Assembly (NCBI GenBank): GCA_001661245.1
Contig: KV454013.1
Span: forward strand, 900,502 to 964,501
Length of the DNA: 64,000 nt
Direction: 5' to 3'
DNA from: Pachysolen tannophilus NRRL Y-2460
Lineage: Eukaryota
Position 1 is the first letter of the stretch. Each line of letters starts with the position of its first letter. The notes beneath the pieces are model-generated. The model did no database searches, was not told the DNA's origin, and saw only the letters and a program-made list of their open reading frames with translations. Below are positions 55,854 through 64,000 of the stretch, piece after piece. The position numbers were made by a program, and so were the translations under genes.

Positions 55854-57126
55854 TTAGATGGTCAGCAAGATGTCTTCTCTATCTAGGTTCAAGAGTTTGA
55901 CTCTGCTGGTAAAATCGTCTCTGTTTATATATGCGCCACACATTCTTCTTTGACCAGTGAATTTTGTTCTTCTTGAGTGGAGGACTCTCCAATTATCGAA
56001 TATTAAGCATTGTCCCGGTTTTAAAGTATGGTAAAACTCATTTTTATTTGATTCTAATAATTCGTTCCATCTTTTAGTAGCTTTGTAAAAAAGTGGGATC
56101 TGCAACTCCGGGTCATCCAATGGTAGGTTTAAAGTTGATCTATCACTTATATTCCAACGAACTTGAATTAATTCTCCCATATAATTATGATTTAAAATTG
56201 GACGAGGATATGAAGGTTGAATGAAAACATTTTCTTCACCTGCAGAATGAGTTGGTATAGGAAATTTAGATAAAATCTCATAATATTCTGGATTTTCCAA
56301 TTGTAATAATTTAGCACAATGGAATGAATCACATAAAGTTGTAATCCCACCAGTACCTGTATGTTTTAGTAAATGAAATAATTGTAAACCTGGTGGATCG
56401 GTAAAATATGTTCCATCAGTATGTAAAGGAATCAGAATATCTGTATATGCTGTATCATTGACATTTAAATCAGAAGTAAAATCCCAAAACCCACCGTAAT
56501 GTGTTGGTCTAATAAATGAAATTTTTTCAATTAAATCCTGGGTACACTCTGGAGATTCAGGTACATTGTCAACAAGGCAAAATCCATATTTCCAAATCTT
56601 AAGCACCCATTTTTTAATTCCTTCATCACTAGACATAATTTCTAAATAATCAATTCGTGGCAATTCGGTTTCAATCTTGGCAACATCCCATAACTCTAAC
56701 TTCAAATAACTGGATTCATTTTTAATTTTATCCTCTTGAAGAATTAAAACTGGACAATAAGAATTTAAAAATAACCAATTAACATTAAATTCACTTTTGT
56801 GATCTTGATGATTCCAGTTGAAAATTAATCTATCTCCGCTTAATTCATAAGAAACCGCTTTTATATCATCCGGAATATCATAAGTATTTTGTAATCTCTG
56901 TCTTGTTAAAGGATGATAACATTCGGAGCAATGACAATGATCCCGTAACCATATATAATGACTTTTAAAGAAAAAAAAATTATAACTAATTGTTAATAAT
57001 TGATTTATTAAAATTATATATATATATATACATATATATTACTTACAATTTAGATTCAACTTTGGTGTCCCAAAGTATAGTAACCAAAGAACTTCCAATC
57101 TCAATATTCTTTACTGAATGACTCAT
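55854..57126 (-). CDS. TMLHE: Trimethyllysine dioxygenase (carnitine biosynthesis step 1); exons 57126-57047 and 56961-55854, ~395 aa
   Basis: Spliced N-terminus ...SKFHYIWLRDHCHCSEC...TRQR (Zn-binding BBOX/TMLH-type domain); THYGGFWDFT, DTAYT, HTDGTY, DNWRVLH, R.MCGAYINRDD. Confidence 0.88.
56962..57046 (-). other. Intron of the trimethyllysine dioxygenase gene (85 nt)
   Basis: GTAAGT donor, TATTAAC branch, AAG acceptor; joins an ATG-initiated exon in frame. Confidence 0.8.
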
Positions 57127-57241
57127 TAGTTACCGTTAATTAATTAAATTTATGAAAAGATGATTTGATTTTTTTTAGTTTTTAAAGATAAAAGAAAAAT
57201 TGTACAATTAATTCTATATATGCAAAAATGAAAATTTAATA

Positions 57242-59038
57242 CTAACACCAGTAATGATAAATCCTATAATACAATGGTTTACTTGCCAAACGTTCTTTAT
57301 CCTCTTGGGCTTCTTGTTTCATAAGTTCAAGGTCGACTTCACGGCGACCAGTATCAATATCAATTTCCAGCGGATTTAAAATCAACTTCCAGTTACGAGT
57401 ATATAATTTATGACCAACATAAAAGACAATTATAACAACAAAACTAAGATAATTTTCGAAAAAAGTGTTTGCAGATGGTGGGTCATCAATTGGGAATAAT
57501 GCAATCCAGAATTGTGCGGCCAAGACCAAGATATTGATGATGATAGCGTATATACTACCGAGTAATCCAGTTCTTGAAACAAATGAAAGTTCAGATACAT
57601 CTCTACCTTGTGCTTTTAAAGCTCTTCTAAACTGAATTCTTGAGAATGAAATTGATCCCCATGTAAATAATGCACTTAAACCAGAAATGGCTAATAACCA
57701 TGTGAATGCAAGGGCTTCATCTGTTTTATTCGCAGAAATAAAACATAATAATCCAACAATTGCAGAAGCTAAAAATCCAAATATAGGACGACCTCTTCTA
57801 TCTATATAGGAAAAGATCTTTGGAGCCAATCCTTGAGTTGCCATTGAACAAAGTGTACGTGAACAACCATATGTAGCAGCATTACCTACAGAAAGAACAG
57901 AAATCATAATAACAACATTCATAACACTCGGTAAACCTTTAATACCTGCATTTTTGATAGCAATGACAAAAGGAGATGTATTTGCATCCGCTGAACTTGT
58001 TGCACCAAATAAAGATAGATCATTATAAGGAACTAAAAATCCAATAAACATTAAGCTTGTAAGATAGAAAAAAGTGACTCTCCAGAAAACTTGTTTTATA
58101 GCAGATGGTACAGTTTTCCTTGGATTTTCTGATTCACCAGCTGCAGCCAATGCTGATAACTCAGTACCAGCCAATGAGTAAGCTGCAGTGACAAACACAG
58201 AACATAAACCTTTAAATCCATCAGCAAATGCACCAGGATCATGCCAATATTGAACACCTATGTAATCATGATTTGGACCACCACCACTAATTAAAACAAT
58301 GGAAAGAATGAAAAATCCAACGATTGCAAGAAATTTAACTGATGAAGCAATAAATTCAGCTTCTCCATAACCTTTTGCACCAAAAAGATTTAAAACACAA
58401 ATGAAAACGTAAAAAATAACAACCCAAGCATCTGAATTTATATCAGAATTCCAGTACTGTACAGTTAACGATGTTGCTATAATTTCAAAAGGTAAAACAA
58501 TTAACCACATTAAACAATAATTCCAAGCCATAGCAAAACCCCATGAAGAATCAATAAAACGAACATTATAAGTTAAAAATGCACCTGGAACTGGAAATTC
58601 CACAGCCAACTCACCTAAATCATTCATCACACAATACAACATAGAACCAGTGATGGCCCATCCAATCAATAATGAAGCAGGCCCTCCAGTTCTTAATGCT
58701 GTACCGGTACCAATGAATAAACCACTTCCTATACAACCTCCTACAGCAATGGCCTTAACATGTCTAGGTTTTAAAGCCCTGGATAACGGTGACTGTGCTA
58801 CTTTTAAATTTGTTATTTCTAACTGTGTCAAACCTTCATAATTTGTTTCTTCTGGTATCTCCATTTCTCTAAATGAGTCAACAAAATTATGAAACCATCC
58901 ACTTTTCCCATTTGCAGAATTTCCATCTTGTGCTGATTCAACACTTGCTGAAAAAACAGAAGCTGCATTTTCTACTTCAGTTCCATCTCCAGTACTCTGC
59001 CCGGATTTCTCTGTCTCCAGATTCTCTATATCGATCAT
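57242..59038 (-). CDS. Yeast amino-acid permease (YAT family, Gap1-like)
   Basis: LKPRHV..IAVGGCIGSGLF, GYGEAEF, SPFVIAI, DIDTGRR and C-terminal YWC. Confidence 0.93.
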   Translation of the reverse strand: MIDIENLETEKSGQSTGDGTEVENAASVFSASVESAQDGNSANGKSGWFHNFVDSFREMEIPEETNYEGLTQLEITNLKVAQSPLSRALKPRHVKAIAVGGCIGSGLFIGTGTALRTGGPASLLIGWAITGSMLYCVMNDLGELAVEFPVPGAFLTYNVRFIDSSWGFAMAWNYCLMWLIVLPFEIIATSLTVQYWNSDINSDAWVVIFYVFICVLNLFGAKGYGEAEFIASSVKFLAIVGFFILSIVLISGGGPNHDYIGVQYWHDPGAFADGFKGLCSVFVTAAYSLAGTELSALAAAGESENPRKTVPSAIKQVFWRVTFFYLTSLMFIGFLVPYNDLSLFGATSSADANTSPFVIAIKNAGIKGLPSVMNVVIMISVLSVGNAATYGCSRTLCSMATQGLAPKIFSYIDRRGRPIFGFLASAIVGLLCFISANKTDEALAFTWLLAISGLSALFTWGSISFSRIQFRRALKAQGRDVSELSFVSRTGLLGSIYAIIINILVLAAQFWIALFPIDDPPSANTFFENYLSFVVIIVFYVGHKLYTRNWKLILNPLEIDIDTGRREVDLELMKQEAQEDKERLASKPLYYRIYHYWC

Positions 59039-59233
59039 TGTAAAATTATTTAAACAACTACAATAACTAAACTAAATTAGAAAGAAATTTTCTAAAATTA
59101 ATATTAAATATCAAAAGAATAAATGAAAGAATAAAAAAATGACAAAACTCAAAACTCAGAGCTCAAAAAGCTCAAAGCTCAAAGCTTTTCTTTTTTCTTT
59201 TTTTCTTTTTTTTTTTTTTTTTTTTTTTTTTTT

Positions 59234-59581
59234 NNNNNNNNNNNNNNNNNNNNNNNNNNNNNNNNNNNNNNNNNNNNNNNNNNNNNNNNNNNNNNNNNNN
59301 NNNNNNNNNNNNNNNNNNNNNNNNNNNNNNNNNNNNNNNNNNNNNNNNNNNNNNNNNNNNNNNNNNNNNNNNNNNNNNNNNNNNNNNNNNNNNNNNNNNN
59401 NNNNNNNNNNNNNNNNNNNNNNNNNNNNNNNNNNNNNNNNNNNNNNNNNNNNNNNNNNNNNNNNNNNNNNNNNNNNNNNNNNNNNNNNNNNNNNNNNNNN
59501 NNNNNNNNNNNNNNNNNNNNNNNNNNNNNNNNNNNNNNNNNNNNNNNNNNNNNNNNNNNNNNNNNNNNNNNNNNNTTNTTN
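59234..59581. other. Assembly gap (N run)
   Basis: Run of n within poly-T. Confidence 1.
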
Positions 59582-60278
59582 TTNTTCTTTTTCTTTTTTT
59601 TTTTTTTTTTTTTAATGCCAACCGAAATCACCAAACTCTATATGTTCCTTAAAAGAAACCATTAGCGGTAACGGTATACTCTGAATTAAAAGAAACTTTA
59701 CTTATACTTGACATACTTGACATATTGCCATATATATTCTGCATGATGCTTCTGGAAAAGCCGCAAACAATAATTTTTCACACTATTTTCGTAAGGGCAT
59801 CGCGGGCCATCCTGCGTACAAAGTCGTAGGCATCCCGCAAAAAATTTCACCGGCCCATCGCCTTCTATTGTTTTCAACATCAACCGTTTATATTAATATT
59901 GCTTCACCGTTAGAAGTTTTCCTTAACCCAGAGTTGAAAGCATCATGATATATGTAGTCTTGCTTCCGGACACCCTTTACTACTACTAAGATCAATCAAG
60001 TCCAAGCAAAAAAACAAAAAGATATCTTTAATACCATGAATTACTAACGATCGTCAGTTACTCATCATCAGGTGCCATAAAGAACGAAACGGAAAAAAAA
60101 GAAAAAAAAAGAAAAAAAAATTTTTCAATTCTCAGCCGCACTGAAACTTTAAAAAAAAAGTACTGTGATGACGACTGACGACGAGAACATCTGTCTGTCT
60201 ACCTACATGATGAGTTAGTTAATTGGTTTGGGGAGTTTCTAGAAAATGATATAGATATACAGGTAATGGGGTATGGGT

Positions 60279-60287
60279 ATGACTCAT
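60279..60287. promoter_or_regulatory. Perfect Gcn4 site upstream of the amino-acid permease
   Basis: ATGACTCAT inside GTATGACTCATAC, about 1.2 kb upstream of the permease ATG (distance spans a gap). Confidence 0.45.
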
Positions 60288-60323
60288 ACTCACCTACATA
60301 CTCGTTACTTATTAATTTTACTA

Positions 60324-61931
60324 CTAAATAAGACCTTGTTTTTTCAAATCTTCGTAATCTCTTTGGCTCATAACGTTTCCCTCATCGTCTTCAACTTCAA
60401 CAAGATTTTCAATGAATTTTTCATCTTTTTTATGTTCTGAAGTTAGTCTTTCATTTAAAGCTATTGCGTCCTCGATTTTGGAAATACCTTTGTAGACGTT
60501 TATCAAAGAAGGATCGATTCCTAAGCATTTCAATCCGTGTAGATGTTTTAATTCCGTGAAATGCTTGACATAATTTTTCCTTCCCTGATATTTGGAGTTA
60601 CCACAAATTTCGCAGTTAAACTCCAACCCAAGTCCATGTAGTTTCCATAACCAAAATGGAATTGGTCTTCCATCAAAACCTATTGGTAATTTTAATGGGT
60701 TGCTATAATTTGCTGAGAAAGACTCGTCGTCCGAATCGGAATCACCATTTTTTTTATCATCCGAAGAAGAACTGGATTCGTACAATTCATCTTCTTCAAT
60801 CTTTCGTAATGATTCAATTTCTAAAAATCTTTCGCGATCTGTCATGAAATTTTTACGTTCAACATTGGCTCTAGTATTACTTATTTTCTTTGCTAATAAT
60901 AATGAAACTTCTTTAATTATATGTTCTTTTTGTAAAATTTCTTTATATTCATCAATAGTTATAGTTGAAACTTTATTTCCCAGAATTAATTTGGCAAAAT
61001 TTTTCTTATGTTTTTTCCCTTCAAGATGTCCATCAAAAACTGTTTTTTTGGAAAATAATTTCTCACAAATTTTACAAAAAATACCATCTTCTTGTACTTT
61101 TTCAAACTTAATTTCTTTTCCAATTGAGTTTAATTCCCTTTCAGCTTCATCTTTCAATACATCGTTCCATTTTTGCTCAAAATCTTGTTCAATTCTAATA
61201 ATTGAAACTTCTGGTTTTAATAAAGGTTGAATCTTTATATAAAATTTTTTCAAATATTCAGCCAAATCTTTTACATAATTTAAATAAGATTTAGTTTTTT
61301 TTTCAATTTTTAAATCAATATTTGAAGGATTTGGTAATTTATTAAAAATATCCAAATATTCAATATAACTGAGCCTCAGATCATTTCCAGGTAAATTTAA
61401 CCATTTTTCATGAAATTCTATTAAATCCAAATAATTTCCAAAAAATTCTTCATCACTAAAAATTTTTTGAAGACTTAAATTAGATGCAAAAGAACTCAAT
61501 ATAACTCTCCTTCTCTTCTTATTACCACGTTTCTCAACCTCTTCTGTATTGACATTACTACTGAACATTGAATAAATATTAGATAAATCATCCACAGGGT
61601 TATTTGGATACTTATAATGAAATTGTTTGATTTCATCATACAGAGATTCAAACTCATTCAAATCAATTTTTGCATTTTTCATATCTTGATCAGATCCCAT
61701 CAACCTCTTCAATGTCCTGCATTGATTAGAATACTGATCTAAAAACAATTTACATTCATGTTGTTGTAATAAAGTTTCTCTTAATGATCTCTTCTTACCA
61801 CCCAAGATATTATGATTACCACCACTCGACTGATACACCTCAGGATTTCTCTTTATTCTCCTACTAATCTCAACTTCTATCCTTTCCAACTCTTCAAATA
61901 TACTCCTTTCATTCTCAGCTAGTCTCGACAT
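60324..61931 (-). CDS. PRP9: U2 snRNP SF3a60 subunit Prp9
   Basis: C..CEK.F...FDGHLEGKKH zinc finger, NPLKLPIGFDGRPIPFWLWKLHGL, CEICGN...HF....H, EVEDDEGNVM...DLKKQGLI. First ATG is at 61931. Confidence 0.96.
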   Translation of the reverse strand: MSRLAENERSIFEELERIEVEISRRIKRNPEVYQSSGGNHNILGGKKRSLRETLLQQHECKLFLDQYSNQCRTLKRLMGSDQDMKNAKIDLNEFESLYDEIKQFHYKYPNNPVDDLSNIYSMFSSNVNTEEVEKRGNKKRRRVILSSFASNLSLQKIFSDEEFFGNYLDLIEFHEKWLNLPGNDLRLSYIEYLDIFNKLPNPSNIDLKIEKKTKSYLNYVKDLAEYLKKFYIKIQPLLKPEVSIIRIEQDFEQKWNDVLKDEAERELNSIGKEIKFEKVQEDGIFCKICEKLFSKKTVFDGHLEGKKHKKNFAKLILGNKVSTITIDEYKEILQKEHIIKEVSLLLAKKISNTRANVERKNFMTDRERFLEIESLRKIEEDELYESSSSSDDKKNGDSDSDDESFSANYSNPLKLPIGFDGRPIPFWLWKLHGLGLEFNCEICGNSKYQGRKNYVKHFTELKHLHGLKCLGIDPSLINVYKGISKIEDAIALNERLTSEHKKDEKFIENLVEVEDDEGNVMSQRDYEDLKKQGLI

Positions 61932-62156
61932 CTCCACCAATGATTGATTATAATATAAGTAAATCTTTTGTATTTCTATATTTTTCAAATTTTAATTTAT
62001 TTTTAAAACAAAATTTTCACGGTTAGTTTAAAGAAGAAGATGTTGTAGATTTTTTATTACTTATCAATATTATTGTTGAATAGAAGGACGAAAACAAATC
62101 AAATAGATATATATATTATAACTATATTTCTATATCTATATACTGTTGGAAGGAAG

Positions 62157-62861
62157 ATGAATTATGATTTGGAGATAAAGCAGTTGTTGACTTTAGAGAA
62201 ATTAATCTTTTCATTAAGACCTGAGACGTCGGAGATAGAATCAGATTATTCACTTAGTAATATAACAATACCGAAATATCTTTTACGTCCATATTTATCC
62301 AAAGTTATCAAGATTATTAAAAGAGAGTTTTTGGACAAGTTCCAATCTAATTATACCATGATTTGTCAAAGCTTTTTGAAGCAACAAAATGAAGAAGTCA
62401 ATTCACTAATTGGAAGTTATGTACAGTTAATTCAAACAACAACTTTTATCAATTATATAAAATCATCGGATGACACTACTAAAAAGACACATTCACTCAA
62501 GTTAAAAGAGTTTTATGAATCGGCATTTGATAGGTATGAAAATTCGGAGAAAGTATTTAAGGAAGGTTTTAGAGATAGGTATCATAGAATAGTGGGCAAA
62601 ATCAATAAATTAATTGAAGATTATGAAATTATGAAATCCTATACAGTTGAAAGTAGTCATGATTGGCTAGGGCTAGAATTGGATGAACTTAATGAATATG
62701 AAGGAATGATGGACGATCAAGCAGATATAACATTCTTGGAATTTTTGAGTTTGAAGGAAAAAAGAACAATGTTGAGAAATGAAATAGATGATGTATTAAT
62801 GGACATGTTGAAATATACTAAATTGGAGGCAAGAGTTAATGGTCAGACAGTTAATCCTTGA
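62157..62861 (+). CDS. Uncharacterised helical protein (234 aa); weak resemblance to kinetochore Nkp1/Fta4
   Basis: Clean ATG-initiated ORF divergent from PRP9 with coiled-coil character. The family guess is weak. Confidence 0.55.
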   Translation: MNYDLEIKQLLTLEKLIFSLRPETSEIESDYSLSNITIPKYLLRPYLSKVIKIIKREFLDKFQSNYTMICQSFLKQQNEEVNSLIGSYVQLIQTTTFINYIKSSDDTTKKTHSLKLKEFYESAFDRYENSEKVFKEGFRDRYHRIVGKINKLIEDYEIMKSYTVESSHDWLGLELDELNEYEGMMDDQADITFLEFLSLKEKRTMLRNEIDDVLMDMLKYTKLEARVNGQTVNP

Positions 62862-62937
62862 TAGTATGATTTCAAGTTTTAATGGGTTTACGGGAAAGGT
62901 TTCCTCATTTTGTGTTTTATAAAGATTTTTTTACTCG

Positions 62938-63003
62938 TTTATTCATTTATTCATTTATTCATTTATTCATTTATTCATTTATTCATTTATTCATTTATTC
63001 ATT
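62938..63003. repeat. (ATTCATTT)~8 tandem repeat in a convergent terminator region
   Basis: Seven perfect 8-mers from 62941 plus partial copies. Confidence 0.9.
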
Positions 63004-63233
63004 CTGCTATTTTGGGTTTTTGGTATATATTATTTAATATTCCTTGAGTATAAATGGCAATCAGTTTGTCTTTCTAACCAGTTATCAGTATATAAATGTT
63101 GTTTGTTTTTTTGTTTTTTTCACCCTTTTTATTGATGATGAGATTCCAGGTTTAATGGTTACAATGTACTCCATATTCTTTTTAATAATAAATAAATAAA
63201 TAAATAAAACCATATTATAATATAAGTACAGTT

Positions 63234-64000
63234 TTAAAAATCAACAATCTTTGAAGGGAAAAATTCATCGATTAATTCTAGATAGTATGGCTTCAATTCT
63301 TCAATATTATATGTTACATCAGTCTTTGAATATAAATCATAAGGATTAAAAGCCTGAACTGCCTTCAACATTTGTTTATCGTGATCGTTCATCAAATATT
63401 GGTATTCCAATTCTGTATGTAAAGGGTAACAACTATGATATCTAATCATTGCCAAAGCTTCAGGTGGTAAAGTTGATGAATTTTTACAAATAGAGAAAAA
63501 ATATTCATCATGACCCCAAGAAATTAACACATTATCTAATCCACAATTTGCAGAATATATCCCATATTTCAAATTATATATTGGATTTTTAAAATCAGGG
63601 TTTCTTTTAAAATAATCATAAAATATAATTTTTTTAGAAAATTTACAACCAACGGGGAAAGTATCACCAACAACGTCCCATTGTCCCTTTGAATCATAAA
63701 AATATAATAATTTACCTAAATCATGAATTAGGCCAACCAACTGAAACCACCGGGGTTTATTATCTCTTCTTATTGCTTCTGCAGTCTGTATAGCATGATC
63801 TATTTGAGATAACTCAGTATCAGGATCACTCTCATCAATTAATTTATTCAATTTTTCCAATGCTTCCCATATCGTCATTCTATCTCTAATCTTTGTCTTA
63901 AAATTTATTCTTGCCTGAATATTATACTCAACCGTCTGCTTCTCATGTTGAGTCTTGTAAAAAGCTGCAACTTTATCCTTTGCCAACTCGTACTGTCTAT
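63234..64000 (-). CDS. MIOX: myo-Inositol oxygenase; 5' end lies beyond the window
   Basis: RQYE...FY..QH..QT...DESDPD...HAIQTAEAIR...HDLGK...QWDVVGDTFPVGC...SWGHDEY...RYHS...FNPYDLYSK; the frame stays open to the window edge. Confidence 0.95.
   Translation of the reverse strand, partial: RQYELAKDKVAAFYKTQHEKQTVEYNIQARINFKTKIRDRMTIWEALEKLNKLIDESDPDTELSQIDHAIQTAEAIRRDNKPRWFQLVGLIHDLGKLLYFYDSKGQWDVVGDTFPVGCKFSKKIIFYDYFKRNPDFKNPIYNLKYGIYSANCGLDNVLISWGHDEYFFSICKNSSTLPPEALAMIRYHSCYPLHTELEYQYLMNDHDKQMLKAVQAFNPYDLYSKTDVTYNIEELKPYYLELIDEFFPSKIVDF

Noticed and set aside
60041..60060. TACTAAC...CAG on the plus strand
   Set aside because: No good donor or downstream ORF; equally explained as a Yap-type TTACTAA site.
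60165..60215. C/D-box-like words GTGATGA, CTGA and ATGATGA
   Set aside because: No terminal D box, terminal stem or recognisable rRNA complement.
62938..63003. ATTCATTT array as a CRISPR or telomeric repeat
   Set aside because: No spacers, a eukaryotic context and no G-rich strand; it is a simple tandem repeat.
1..64000. tRNA, rRNA or transposon coding sequences
   Set aside because: No cloverleaf with A/B boxes, rRNA-like segment or gag/pol/transposase ORF was recognised by eye; tRNAscan-SE and Rfam were not run.

Overview
This is an AT-rich, gene-dense budding-yeast (Saccharomycotina) nuclear region, not a prokaryotic one. It holds about 25 protein-coding genes, six predicted spliceosomal introns and three assembly gaps. 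The most important signal is a non-standard genetic code: CTG codons fall at positions where Ala is conserved (Uba2 W-A-K, Vcx1 VQ-A-SML, SH3 FQ-A and VP-A-SY, Cdc42 FP-A-DY, QAQA repeats). This points to the CUG-Ala yeast clade (Pachysolen tannophilus-like), so the supplied ORF translations are wrong at CTG, and many also use spurious TTG/GTG starts. Genes in order: INT6/eIF3e (partial), ALG7, HD-domain nucleotidase, RPL28, EAF6, NDI1-like, CHK1-type hybrid histidine kinase, CDC42, TCP1, UPC2, a Ccp2-like peroxidase with a ~400-aa N-terminal extension, an ITR/YDR387C-like transporter, RVS167, SAC7, UBA2, PCL2, VCX1, a YDL129W-position unknown (possibly Ebp1/AFF-like), THP3, YUH1, a one-SH3 Bem1-like scaffold, VAC7, trimethyllysine dioxygenase, an amino-acid permease, PRP9, an unknown (Nkp1/Fta4-like?), and MIOX (partial). 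All homology calls come from recalled motifs; no database search was run.
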